DNA of 64,000 bases, from the NCBI GenBank assembly GCA_024679065.1, contig JAGIQG010000003.1:36828001-36892000 (forward strand). Reading direction: 5' to 3'. The position numbers and the translations under genes are program-made. Origin of the DNA: Sphyrna mokarran. Taxonomy: Eukaryota. This document shows, piece by piece, positions 11,361 to 24,840 of the stretch. The notes under the pieces are model-generated. The model was not told the origin of the DNA. It ran no database searches and was given only the letters and a program-made list of their open reading frames with translations. Each line of letters opens with the position of its first letter. Positions within the stretch are counted from its first letter, which is position 1.

Positions 11361-13109
11361 CTGTACAAAAGGGAACAAAAACAGACAATGGCTACAACGG
11401 TAAACCCAGTGTTTTTAAAGATGCCATCAATGTAGCAAACTGCAGGGAAGCCTATGTCTGCACATGCAAGTAAGAAATGCTTCAAATAGTGCCAGTGTTT
11501 GATGTTCAATGATTGAAAGATTTGTGCTGATCATTTGTAAAGTATTACAAATTAGGCAATGTCCACAATTAAGATCAAATAATATACAAATTATACCTGG
11601 ACTCGAATTATATTCACAGGAAGAATGGTTAGCTTATACACGCTCCTCATTATTATTGTAAGGAAAGATTAATCAAACTGGCAGCAGAGCTTTGCAAACT
11701 AACTTGAAGTAATAGAATGCTTTTAAGATTTGATGCATAATACATATCACATATTTATAGAAATTATTTTTAAATAGAAATACGAGGGCAGTTTGTGTGA
11801 AAATTGAAATGTAGGGGTTAAAGCAGTGAGCACTTCTCTAATTAGCTAAAATAAAATCACATTTTCTAAAACAGGAGAATAAAACTGATACGTACACTCC
11901 ATGAAATGGTTCAGCAGACTGCCTGAAAGATAAAAACAAATAATTATTTTACTTCCATTTCCCAGTAGCTTTAATCTCCTCCCATTCTGTTCTCCCAAAA
12001 ATGCTGATCAATTTTTTTTAGCCCAGTCGAACATGGGCTAAAACACCTCACACAATTGGCATCAAGATTCAACCTAACTCTGTCCTAACACAGTGTTACC
12101 ATGGGCAGAACTTGTCCCTTAACATCAGGAGCAACAATCAATACCAAATCTCCCTCACCACCAATTTAATAGGACCCTGGTTCCAACTGTTACCCAACAG
12201 AGATTTGATAAAGCTGCAAACTCTAGAGATTGAAACTTGGATTTTCTTGGTTCATATAATCAACACTATACTACATTGCAGTCACTCATCAAGTCAACAG
12301 CAGGCTCCTGAAAACAACATGAAGGAAATATGCAACCATGTATTAACTCAGCAGAACTAAAATACTCAGAGAGCAACTTGCATTCATAAATGCCTTAAGT
12401 ACAGAAAATGTGCAAAAGGTGTTTATGAAAAGGAAAAAAACAGATATTGTATTGTAGAATTGTTTGGAGAGAGAGCCACAAACATGGTTTAAGGCTTAAA
12501 TTTGACTTTTAGATGAGGAAGCGAAGTAGCAAAGTGAAGGGGTTTAAGGATAGTTCCAGAGATTAAGGCCAACATGGCAGAAGGCCTTATCTCCAATGAT
12601 GGCAGAGAGGATGCACTTGAGGCCAGAGTACAACTGATGGCTAGGACATTAAGCTAGAAGCAGATTCATTTTTGAATGAGAATAAGGGTTTTAAATATGA
12701 GAAAGAGTACGTTTGAGGATTGATAAGGGCTGAGGTATAAGTAAGTGGGGTCTATTGCTAGCCAGGACACAGGTAGGAAATATTAGATAATTTGAAGTAA
12801 ATTGAAGACATTGTAGAAGTATGTTTTGAGGGAACAATAAATGACTTGCATCTGCATTGTGTCTTTGACACAGAAAACATGCCTCACAGAGACATGTTCA
12901 TGGGACATTGTCTACTCCCCAACCCAATAATTATTTGGTTCCCAGTGTGTTTTTTTAAACTTTTGTCCCAGAAGAAAAATAAATGCACTGTGTCTTTTTT
13001 CAATGTCAATGTCATTGCTACTGTTTACCTAGGGCATGTTCTGAGACCACTCCTCCACTGTCTCCTATCATCTACTACACATGATCAACCCCAAAACTCT
13101 GAGCAAAAC

Positions 13110-14090
13110 TACAGTCAATGAAAATCAAGGATTGGAGTCATACTTAACACAAAGATAGATGGATGTAGTTGGTGGAGGCCAATCACTTCAGTCATAGGAC
13201 ATCACTGAAGGAGTTCCTCACGGCAGTATCCCAGGCCCAACCATCTTCGCTGCTTCACGAATGACCTTCCTTCCATCATAAAGTCAGAAATGCGGATGTT
13301 CATTGATGATTGCACAGTGTTCAGCACCACTCATCAGCTACTTAAACAGTCCATGTCCATATGTGACAAGAACTGGACAACAATAAGGCATGGGCTGAAA
13401 AGTACCAAGTAATATTTACGCCAAACAATTGCCAGACATCTCCCACAAGAGAAAATTCAACCATTTCCCAGTCCAACCATCTCCCCTTGACATTACCATC
13501 ACTGAATCACTAGCAACATCTTAAGGGTTTCCATTGACTAGAAACCGAACTGGATGGACCATATTAATACTGTGGATACAAAATAGGTCAGAAGCTGAGA
13601 ATTCTGACTCCCAAAGCCTGGCCACTATCTATAAGGTACAAATCAGTGTCATGGAATACTCTCCACTTGCCTGAAGCTCAACATCATTCAGGACAATGTA
13701 GCACCCATTCCAGTTCATTCAACAGTCACTCCTTCCACCACCAATGCATGTGGCAGCAGCTTGCGTCATCTAGCAGGATGCACTGCAGCAACTCACCAAA
13801 GCCCCCTCAGCAGCACCTTCTAAACCTGCAATCTCTACTACATAAAAGGACAAAGGCAGCAGAACACAACCACTTGCACCTGCAAGTTGCCCTCCAAGCC
13901 ACACATCATCCTGATTTGGAACCATATTGACATTCTTTCACTGTCACTGGGTCAAAATCCTGGAATTCTCTCCCTCCCTGACAGCACAATGGAGCACCTA
14001 TAGCCATGGTACAAGAAAGCAGCTCACCACCACTTTCTCGAGGGCAGTTAGGGATGGGCAATAAATGGTGGTCTAGCCAGAATCACAAAA
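13110..14090 (+). mobile_element. LINE RT/3' fragment (CR1/L2 superclade)
   Basis: DITEGVPHGSIPGPTIF..NDLPSII..MFIDDCTVF (GVPQGS and FADD motifs). Confidence 0.85.
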
Positions 14091-14569
14091 ACATTTTAAA
14101 AATCTTAGCTGCTTCCGGAGTGACGTCATCAGATGTCTAAAACTAAACTGCTTTTTGTCTTTGTCACATGAGAACATTGAAGAAGTGGAGAGAAAAATAT
14201 ATATAACAAAGCAAGGGTAGTTTAAAAATGAATCAATCGCCAGAAGGTGTCGTCACTTGTTAGCCCAATAATGATGGGTTTTGATATAGCAGAATAAAAC
14301 TGTGAAAAAAACTATTGGTATTTTCAGAAAGGTGCAGGGAGTTGCAGAAGGTAGAGCAATGATTAAAATCATAGTCTTACTGATTCCTCCTGAACTCAAT
14401 CCTTAAAGTTATAATTTACTAGCAGTTACTGTGGCAAGCTGCATAAATGAGGAATTCTCTTTATTAATTAAAAAGATTATTTTGCTCAAAATCAATGACC
14501 AGGTTTGTTCCATATGGTTTTAAATTACCCAGTCAGTGAAAAAGTGCAGCATTTTCATCTACTCAGAAG

Positions 14570-14860
14570 TTTATTTCTTAGTATCACAAATAGGCTTACA
14601 GTAATGCTACAGTGAAGTTACTGTGAAAATCTCCTAGTTGCCACACTCCGGCACCAATTCAGGTACACTGAGGAAGAATTTAGCACAGCCCATGCACCCA
14701 CCCAGCACACTTTTCGGACTATAGGGGGAAACTGGAGCACCTGGATGACACCCATGCAGACACAGGGAGAATGTGCAGACTCCACACAGACAGTGACCCA
14801 AACTGGGAATTGAACCCGGGTCACAGGCACTGTGAGACAGCAATGCTAACCGTGCCACTC
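14570..14860 (-). mobile_element. HE1-like tRNA-derived SINE
   Basis: gtggcacggttagcattgctg...gacccgggttcaattccc A/B boxes; family body and tail. Confidence 0.85.
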
Positions 14861-15249
14861 CAGAAAAGGAATTTTACTAAGAGTAGGACATCAAAAAATT
14901 ATATAAAACCCTGAGTGGTTCTCTCTACAGTAACTTCGTTGCAAGCTTATTCGTGACACAAAAAAGATTTATAGATCAGAGGAGAAACCAGAGTGCAATT
15001 TTGACTAAATTAGAATATTTCATAGAAGAGACCAAGAAAAAGTAAAAAAAAAACAACGTTGATTGACAAAGAAAGCATCAACTAAGTTAGAATTATTCGC
15101 TGTCAATGGTTTGGCTCCTGTCTCAGCATGTATGCTCATGGAACCGAACTTCACTTCATACCACCTAACCTGACCCCTCCACTGTCTTTGCTTTCTTATG
15201 TTACCTGTTTGACATCCACTACTAGATGAGCAGAAATTTTCACCACCAA

Positions 15250-16740
15250 GTGTTGAGAAGACTGATGTCATTATCTTCAGCTACAAATTCCAATCCCTAA
15301 TCACTGATATCAATTCTCTTCCTGGCAACTGGCTGAGGTTCATCCAAACTGTTTGCAAACTTGGTGTCAAATCTAACCCAAAATGAGTTTCCAACTCCAT
15401 ATCAAAACCATCACTAAGACCACTTATTTCCAATTCCATAACATCATGTAGTTCTGCCCCTGCTTCAACTCATTCACCATTAACAGACATCATCCGGGTT
15501 TATTGACTATTCTAACACTTCTTTGGCCATTGTCTCACACTTTACCTTAATTCATCTCAAAATTTAATTTCATTCAAAACTCCTGCTGCCTGTGTCTCAG
15601 TCACTTCCACCCCTATGCTCACTGACCTACACTGTCTCTAGTTTAAAGAATACCTATTTTTAAAACTCTCATCCTTGTTTTGAAATCCTACTGCAGTTTT
15701 GGCCGCTCTACTTTCCAGCAGTCCAACAAACCCCAAGGTTGCTCTACTAACTCTGGCTTTTTGATCAACCTTAATTTAATTGCTCTACCATCAGTGGCCA
15801 TGTCTTCAATTGTCTAGGCTTTATGCTTGAAAAATTCCTCCCCAACCTTCGCCTTGTCTCTACTCTCTTCTCTGCTTTAAGAGACTTCTTAAAACTACCT
15901 CTCAACTAAGCTGACCCTAGTACCTTCTAATGTTGTTTTAAATGTGCTTGGTAAATATAACTTGTTATTTATAGAACTGTTGCTATGACGTCCAACAGTC
16001 TATCCACATATCAAGTCACAGATGAGCCAAAATATTTTGTAGTTCAATGTTGAATGTATCAAAGTTACTGTGTTTAGGCTTCCCCAGAAGTTTAGTACAT
16101 CAGCACATGGTATCATACCACTTACTGAACACTTGCTCAAATTTAACTGAACAGTTTCGAACCTTGGTGTTCAGATCAATCTTAGCTGAGCTGCAAACAT
16201 CATGCTCAATCCTTACCAAAACTATTCACTTTTATTTTCAAAATATTATTCCTCCCCAACTCAATTGCCACCAAAAATCTTATTGGTGCCTTTGTCAACA
16301 CTTGACTCAAACATATCTACCATTCTCCTTGACAGCCTTTCTTAGTCCAATTCAAATAAAACTACATCTCATTGCAAACAAAATCCTATTCACCTAAAAA
16401 TCCTGGCCTTGATAACCACATTGGCTTCTCACTCTTCACAGTGGTGACTTCAAATTCCTCATTTATACATTTCTCTACAGTGTTAATCCATGTTTCCCAT
16501 ATAATCTTCCAAATCTAGTCTTCAAAGCAGATCTATTCCTTTCTGCTCTACCACCAAGGTACAACCTTCAATTGTATTGGATCTTTGAATCATTCTGCCT
16601 TGCTACATGTCTCCACATCTTTCCTAAACATTGCCTCTAAAATCTTGCCTTCTGGATCCTCTCCTACATTTGCTCGGACCTCTTTCCTAACTGTGAAACA
16701 ACTTGGAATATTCATTGTGTGAAAGGCACTTAAAATGTAT
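15250..16740 (+). mobile_element. two old L2-like LINE fragments
   Basis: aaccatcactaagaccacttatttcc (KTAYFHL-like) at ~15405 and a second copy at ~16215. Confidence 0.55.
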
Positions 16741-17049
16741 GTTTTTTTTTGGTAATGAGTATCATGAGAATAAATGAGTTTGCATTCAGATAGTTTTATG
16801 AAAGCAATTTGTTTGAAGTCTGTATAGCCCTCTCAAAGAATCTAATGGACAAATTATTCCATGCAAATGGAGCTTCTTGGGATTTTTTACAACTATCTTA
16901 AAAGTGTCATGTTAGAAGCTGCCTCTATTTACAAAACTAGCCAGAGCCCCAGAATTAGTTAAATACCGCTGTGGGTTCCTGATAATTACACTTGTTTGTT
17001 GGAAACTCTTTTAAGGAGGCTGCAAAAATAAAGCTGTGTTCTTTCAGGA

Positions 17050-17285
17050 GTGGCATAGTGGCACAGCGCCAAGGACCTGGGTTCAATTCCCATTTGGGTC
17101 ACTGTCTGCGGGGAGTCTGCACGTTTTCCCTGGATGCTCCAATTTCCACCCACAGTCTGAAAGATATGCTGATTGTGTGCATTGACCCGAACAGGTGCCA
17201 GACTGTGGCAACTAGGGTAATTTCACAGTAACTTTGTTGTAGTGTTAATGTAAGCCTTACTTGTGACTAATAAATAATTTATTTT
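17050..17285 (+). mobile_element. HE1-like SINE
   Basis: tRNA head gtggcacagcgccaaggacctgggttcaattccc; tail gtaagccttacttgtgactaataaa. Confidence 0.8.
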
Positions 17286-18661
17286 TCAGGCTCAAAGCTG
17301 CTATGAGGCCATTTAAAATCTTTTGAATGTAATTTTCTTAATTTATTTAAAAAAAGACAGCTGTACCTGAATATAACAAGCAAACAACTCTATATTTTTT
17401 GTAAAGCAATATTCAACTATTTAAAATTGTGTTAGCCAAAGATAGTGGAATGATATTTTAAAATGCTGAATTATATACAAAGAAAAGAGCAGGATTAGGT
17501 CACACAGTACATGAGCTGCTCCACTGTTCAATAAGATCATAACTAATCCTCCACTTCCAACTCCACTTTCCCACCCTATCTTCATATCCTTTGATTCACT
17601 TGATTCCCTTAATGACCAGAAATCTATCAATCTTAGTACTAAATATATTCAGCAACTGAGCATAAACAGTCCTTTAAAGCAAATTCTTTTTCAGAATTAT
17701 GTTTCAAAGTGCAGGTTCATGGGAGAGTTTACATTTGCGTTATGAAAACAAAAGTGAATGGAACCTTGAGAAAGAAAATACTCCTCAAAACAGGCACGAT
17801 TTTGGCTGTAACATTTGTCCAGAACCAATGCATGAACTCCATACCCACTGTTGCACAAGCTCAGTTCTCCAGAAATTGGTGTATTTTCATGCAGGCAGCC
17901 AGGACCTTGGTAGGTTAGAAGGTGAGAAAAGCCATGCACAAGATACAGGTAGCATGCAACTGCAATGTTTCCATTAGAAGATACTTTAAATATAAAGTGA
18001 CTAGCAGTACTCTTCCTCAAATAATCAGTGGTCACTGAAACCAAGTTTCATTGTCTCTCAAAAAATTACATCATCTCTTCATATTCAGGTATATTTCTCT
18101 AAGTGTTGCAACTGCAAAAATCTTGGTAAAATAAAAGTGTCTGTAGAATGAGTTTTAATAATGATATCAGGGACTGATTTTATGGTTTTTTGACTGGCTG
18201 GCATCATTGTGTTTTATATGTGAGGGGTGTGTTTTCTTACTCTCCAAGTGATTGTCCCAATTTAAATCACTCCCACAGTAAGTTTGAAAGTGAATTTAAA
18301 AACTTAAGGTTATTTTTTATTGTCATACACACAAGTTGGAGATTTGAAAAAAAAAAACAGGTCTAATTCACAACTCATCCACATAACCACTCAGATAAAA
18401 ATTAGGTAAAGATGAAGGAATAAAATAATATAATTATAATTTATGATCATCTCAGTCTCTTTCAACGCAGACCTGTAGTTTCTTAAATGAGTTGGTGCTT
18501 TGTTTGAAGTGAAGGACAAGTAAAGCAGTGCATTTTCAGTAAGCTTCTTATTAATTTTGCAGGAGGTTATTTCTCAGGTGAACTTGAAGTTGAAACAAGT
18601 TAGAGGGAAAAGTCCCTCTCCCACTTTCAAGATAGATTTCTTTATTATCTTGGCTACTTAC

Positions 18662-18700
18662 TTACCATGCAGCCAGTTTGATGGCTGCCCCCAAAACTTG
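18662..18700 (-). CDS. candidate 39-nt in-frame microexon (ASFGGSHQTGCMVT) in the pre-UBA1 linker
   Basis: tgtttgttgcctatttttaaaacag| acceptor, then tandem donors ATG|GTAA|GTAAGT; the distal donor keeps phase 1 to 1. No protein homology seen. Confidence 0.35.
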   Translation of the reverse strand, partial: QVLGAAIKLAAW

Positions 18701-18912
18701 CTGTTTTAAAAATAGGCAACAAACATGGCGGTCTCAGTATGTGACCTGTTATGAGTTCAAATTCCTTTTCCAAAGAAGCGGGTGGCAAGCTTGATTATAC
18801 ACTCTGTGTGGTGATTTACATTCTTTGAGAGTTTGAGACAGCTCATGTATGTGTCTGAATGACCCATTCAATTTGAAATTATCCCTTTGAATTAGTTTCA
18901 GGAAAAGGTATA

Positions 18913-19108
18913 GGTGAGATTCTCTGGCCTCCCAGCTGTGTGTTTATTGCCAGTGAGAGGTGGCGCATTATTTGCGAGTAGTGGCATTCTCTGGCCCCGT
19001 CACTGTCAATGGGAATCACCTCATGCTGGCGGGAAACCTATAGGCAGGGATGCACTACCGCGGGACCAGAGAATTCCACCGATGTGAATGGCCAGAGAAT
19101 TCCAGCCA
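18913..19108. mobile_element. MITE-like element (TIR ggNNgaattctctggcc); relatives at ~1973, 3224, 25501, 29199, 31732, 36150, 49886, 52582, 58736
   Basis: Imperfect terminal inverted repeats and a shared internal ccattgac motif across dispersed copies. Confidence 0.55.
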
Positions 19109-19296
19109 TTGAATCAACATCAGTCTGGAAAGTTCCTTCTGTCTTTCTTGCCGTGGGGAAGTGTTTCAATCTACAAAAGGAGGCAAGTGGTCCTCGAGCA
19201 GTCATTTTTTGTAGGTTTTTTTAGATTTTAGAACTATGAAGTATTGATGGAAATAGCACAATATTTGGGAACATATCATGAGTTAAAACAAATTTA

Positions 19297-19625
19297 GAAT
19301 CAAAGGATCACTAAGTGCAGAAGGAGACCATTACACCCATCGAGCCTGCACCCATAACAATCCCACCCAGGTTCTATACCCACAATCTGATATATTTACC
19401 CTGCTAATGTCCCAACACTGAGAAACAGTGTTTCTGCATGGCCGATCAACCTAACCCACACATCTCTGGACAATGGGAAAAAAAAAAAAAATCGGTGCAT
19501 CCAGAGGAAACCCACGCAGATGTGGGAAGAATGTGAAAACTCCATTCAGACAGTGACCCAAGGCCAGAATTGAACCCAGGTCCCTATGAGGCAGCAATGC
19601 TAACCCCCGGGCCACCATGCCCGCC
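19297..19625 (-). mobile_element. HE1-like SINE with CR1-type tail
   Basis: gggcatggtggcccgggggttagcattgctgcctc head; agaatc tail. Confidence 0.8.
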
Positions 19626-20140
19626 CTTCTTTCATATTAGTATCAGCTTTCTGAACCCAAAATGATCAAGATTATTATACTTTTTATTCCTTTAGTATAG
19701 TTCCATATCTGGCTTTGGATCTTTTGTCACTATTTAGGTATTCATTACTAGACTCTTTTTAAAAACTGAACTTGTGTCCATGGGGAGTTTTATGGTACAT
19801 TTAGTGTTCATCTGTTTTGTAACATGCAACTTCAAACACAGTTTTATTTCATAAAACCCAAAGCTGTAAAAACTGTCCTTGGAATAGGATTTATTACAGT
19901 TTTTAACACGATGGAATTAAATTCAAACATTGACACAGCCTTTTCTATATTATAAGGGTAAAGAAAAACTTTACATCAGGTTGTAATAGTCAGTACTGCA
20001 CTTTGTCCTAGATGTTGATCTAAATCTTTGTTGCAAAAGTGCATATAAATCTCTTTCTCAAAAGTATAAGTAAACTATAAAAAAAAGGAAACAATATTTG
20101 CAATTAGAAGGATTAAATAAGCTATCAGAGAATGAATCAC

Positions 20141-20263
20141 CTTTGGGTTGATCAGGAATCACAATGGGTGGGGAAATATCAGGAAGTTCCTCCTCTCCAG
20201 GCTGTAAACCTGTTGCCCTTAGATGGGAGATATCGAGGAGATCTGGCATATCTATGGAGACAT
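20141..20263 (-). CDS. USP13: USP13 exon ~15 ([41 protein letters not shown]), 123 nt
   Basis: ttcag|ATGTC...AAAG|gtgatt. Confidence 0.95.
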
Positions 20264-21056
20264 CTGAAGCACAATGCAGAGAGTTGCTGTAAAGGTATGG
20301 TATGTATTACAGGATATATGATTTGGAAGAAGAAGTCATTTTTTTCAAGTTCAAGAGAACTGAATAGCAATAGCTAACAACAATGATAATAACCAATAGT
20401 GGTTAAAAATAGAATATCTTGCTTTTTGACTTTATTAATCAATTCCTGGTAGCAACACATGAAAGATAGCACAGTCATGATGGGTTATCATTGTTGCTAA
20501 GTGATATTCTAAATAGATGTAAACACAACTATTTTCCAGATTCTTTACATCACTTGATATGCATTTTATGTATAGGTGCTAGGGTCACCTAACACATCTA
20601 TACAAATGTGATCACAAGTGAAAGCAGCAGAGATTAAATGCTATAATTTTAACTAACTCTGTTTTAAGTTAGTGTCAATCATGGCTAACATGAGACTACC
20701 AGATTGCCATAAAGAAACATCTAAGGTAATGTCCTTTAGGGAAGGAAAATTGTTGTCCTTACCTGACCTGGCCTACATGTGACTCCAGACCCACAGCATC
20801 ATGGTTGACTCTTAAATGTCCTCTGAAATGGCCCAGCAAACCATTCAACTCCATGTAGCGAGATAGTGAAAGCAATTGCAATGGTTTTATTTTCTTATGA
20901 CATAAATCACCTAACTTAGTACAAACCAAGACTAAAACTGAGACTTTCCAGCACTATAACATACAGCGTGTTCATCCATTTACCCCCAGGGCAGCTCACC
21001 ATGGTATTATTTTGAGTACAAAATGAGTACCTTGATAAAAATATAACTGAGCTTAC

Positions 21057-21145
21057 CTAGTTTCTTTGGTACCCAGTCTATACCGAAGGTAAATTTCTTT
21101 ACTTGAATAACCAAATATTCAGGAAATGAAGCAAAGTGGACTGTT
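21057..21145 (-). CDS. USP13: USP13 exon ~14 ([29 protein letters not shown]), 89 nt
   Basis: ttacag|AACA...CTAG|gtaagc. Confidence 0.96.
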
Positions 21146-21785
21146 CTGTAAATTAAAAAAATAAAGATTTAAATTTCCTAGATTATTCCTGCTGGCTGAC
21201 ATTTTGACTGATGCAGGAAACATGGTGGTCAGGACCTTAAAGTGACAGAGTTTGGTAATTTAAATACCTAACTCAATTTTGAATATCCTGGAGTCAGCAA
21301 AGTGGGGTGTTCCTGAACCCTATGTGAAACATGCCACGTTAGTCAGTTTGTGAACCCTGGGAAAGCCTGTTGGAAACCTTCAACAGATAAGTTTAAAAGA
21401 TGTGACCACCTTCACATGTTAGAATTACTGCTGCGTGATAAATATGTCTTGAAAGCAGTAAATGATCGTAGTGCTATGTATTTGAAATGTAAGCAGCAAC
21501 TAAATTAACCAGCATTGTTTTGGTATTCAGATGGATTTGACTACTTTCTCCACTGGCTAAATAATTTGATGCATTCAACAGTATCAAGAATGAGATATTG
21601 TCATCTGGATCCTATGCTTTAATTTTACATTAAAGTTCGGACATCTGTTGAGGGTTTGAAAAATCTGAACAGTTGGCTAGGCATCTGTTTAGTCAACTTC
21701 AAAATCACTATTATTTTCAGCTCCGTAGGGTTTATTCAAACAGCTGTACATTGGAAGTTTATTATGAAAACTTGGGCTGAGTTTC

Positions 21786-24700
21786 ACAGAAACACAGAAA
21801 CTTTATGGTGCAGAAGGAGATTGAATCTTCATTGGCTTGCTGAAAGGGCATGCTACTAATCCCAGTCCCCTGCCAAATCCCAATAATCTTGCACATTCTC
21901 TCTTTTCAGATAGCAATCCAATTCACTTTTGAATTCCCCAATCCACCCTTTCATGGAGATTATTCCAGACTCCAACCATCCTCTGGGTGAAAATAAAATT
22001 CCTCACATCACTTCTGCCCATTACTTTAAGTCACTGCCCTTTAGTCCTTGATGTACTTCTGAGAAGGAACAATTTCTCACTATTTACTCTGTGCGTATAT
22101 TTCAGGATCTTGAATATTTCTATCACATTTCTTCTCATCCTCCTTTTCTGCAAGGAGGACAGAACCAACCTGTTCAATCCATCCTCAAATCTATATTCGT
22201 TTATCCCTGAAATTATGCTTCAATCTCATCTTCACTCACTTCAATGTCTCACATATTTCCTCAAGCATGGTTTCCAGGACTGCACGCAGCATTTCACATG
22301 AAATCTAACTAGTACAAGTTCAGCATGACCTCTTTACCCATGTTCTCAATGCATCTAAAATAACACCTACAATACTCTCTCAACATGCTCTGCCACCTTC
22401 AATGACTTATATACCTATACACCAAAATCCATTTGTTCTTTCACCTCTTTAATAGTTTGTCTCTTTATTTAATATTGTGTCACCATATCCTTCATGATAA
22501 AATGATTCGGCACATACTTGATCTTCATCTGCCACTCGTCTGCCCAATGTATTTAAATCCTTCTGAAGTTCAAGACTTTCCTCATCACAGTTGACAATGT
22601 TTCCAATTGTCCTATCATTTGCAAATTTTAAAATGCCTACTTTCCATTTTATCCAGGAGTTAGAATTTTGCTCACAAGTTTGTTGTGCAACACTGTACCA
22701 AATGCCTTCTGAAAATCCATATACACCACATCAATAGTACTACCCTTATGAACTTCCCTTGTTACAATCTTAAAAAAAAAATTAGCTAGTTAACACGATT
22801 TTCCCTGAATGAATCCACGCTGGCTTTCCTTAATTATCCTGCACCTATCTAAATGACTATTGATTTTGCACTGATTTATAGTTTCCAAAAGTTTCCTTAC
22901 CACTGAAGTCAGAGTCTTTAGTTGCCAGCATTATCCTTAGACCCCCTTTTTGAACAAGGGTAATAACATCACAATTCTCCAGTCCTCTGGCATCAGCCCT
23001 GTGTCTAAAGAAGACTGGAAGATTATCACCAGTGCTTTTGACATTTCTACTCTCACTTCCCTCTGTGTCTATGAATGCATTTCATCCGGTCCTGGTGCCT
23101 TATCAATTTTAAGTAAAGATACCTTTCTAACATCTTTTTCTCAATTGTAAATTCCTCTAGGCACCAGAGAGTGTACTCTCTCACTTGGCCTGGATAGCAT
23201 CCTCTTCCTTTGCAAATGCAGATGCAGGTGACTCGTTTAATATAGTTGCTACTTTCGCCTTCACGTTCTAGTCTCCTTTTTTTTATCCCTAATTGGCCTT
23301 ACCTGTTCCTATACCATCCATTTATTATTTACATGCTTATAGAAAACCTTGGGATACCCTTTTATGTTAGTTGCTAGATTCTTTTCATGCTCTCTCCTTG
23401 CTTTTCTGATTCACTTTTCCACTTCCCCTCTGGTCCTCTATATTCAGCCTGATTTCCTTTGCGTTTTCTATCTGACATCTGTCATATTCATTCTTCTTCC
23501 TTTTCTTCTTCACTCTATCTTTCTCACCATCCAGAATGTTCTAAATTTGTTTGTGCTATTTTTCCCCTTCACGGGAATATATCTTGACATTGCCTACTAT
23601 ACTATCCCTTTGAAAGGGGCCCATTTTCAGCCAATGTCTTTTCCACCAACATTTGATTCCAACTCACTCTACTCGAATGAATTCCCATTCCACCGAAGCT
23701 GGCTTTCCCCTAATTAATTATGCCTCTCTGCACTGTATTTTTCCACAGCCAACCCAATACAATGGTCATCGTCCACTAAATGTTCTCGCACTGATTTTAA
23801 TCTTCTTGGGCCAACTCATTGGAGATTGGAGATTGGAGTACCATATTTAAAGGGCCCCTCAATCAGAAGATGAAGAAACTTCCCCTACAGTTCACTATGG
23901 AAGTCTCAGAGATTCCCGCCCCACCCCCAATCAGAACAGGCACTTCTCTCTCCCAACTCCTCTCAAATTATCCCCCTCTTCCACCTTTACATCCACACAC
24001 TTCCTTCCCCCAACATTCCCTGCTCCTCCATAGATGTCTGGCCCACAACCAGTACATGGGAATCTGAGGGGAAATTCAAGAAGGAGAAAATCTGGCGGTG
24101 AGAGGTAGAGAAGTATTTAACTGATAAGGAAGATGTATCAAGAGAGTGATATCGAAGTAAATAGAATACTTGACGAGTTTGATAGAATTAGAGGGGATCA
24201 TAGCCAGCCATTAAATGGGGTCAGAGTAAGAGGGAAAGTAAAAGAACCTAAATCAAGATTAACATACATGTATGTGAATGCACAGACTGTGGTTAATAAG
24301 ATTGGTGATCTACATGGACAGGTTGACAAATGGAACAATGATTTTATCAGAATCAGATCAAACAGTGCCTACTCCCTCATTGGATCAGAAGCATACTGCT
24401 GCAGAAGATTAACTTGCTCTACTATTGCTCCTCTCTGTAATTTCTTTGCCATTTTGTTTCTCTACACCCTTTTCATGAGTTGATGGTCTATACACCAGTC
24501 AATCACCTTAATACCATTTTTAATACCACTCCACACCTCTTCCCCTATATTTTTTCCCTTCTTGTCTCTCCTAAACATCTTGGACCCAGGAAAATTTAAC
24601 TCCCAGTCCTACCCTTCTTTAAGCCAGATCTCTGTCATAAAATCATTGTTCCATTTGTCAACCTGTCCATGTAGATCACCAATCTTATTAACCACAGTCT

Positions 24701-24840
24701 GTGCATTCACATACATGTATGTTAATCTTGATTTAGGTTCTTTTACTTTCCCTCTTACTCTGACCCCATTTAATGGCTGGCTATGATCCCCTCTAATTCT
24801 ATCAAACTCGTCAAGTATTCTATTTACTTCGATATCACTC
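21786..24840 (-). mobile_element. long degraded CR1 LINE (ORF2 endonuclease to 3' tail) carrying an inverted insertion
   Basis: LTYMYVNAQTVVNK..MTEIWLKEG (APE N-terminus) at ~24610-24730; RT-like sequence at 22700-23100; cacagaaacacagaaac tail. Confidence 0.85.

Noticed and set aside
14618-14858. Recurrent ORFs such as MAQWLALLPHSARD / VCVEFAHSP, and tRNA-like heads
   Set aside because: Chance translations of SINEs; the heads have A/B boxes but no complete cloverleaf, so they are neither proteins nor tRNA genes.
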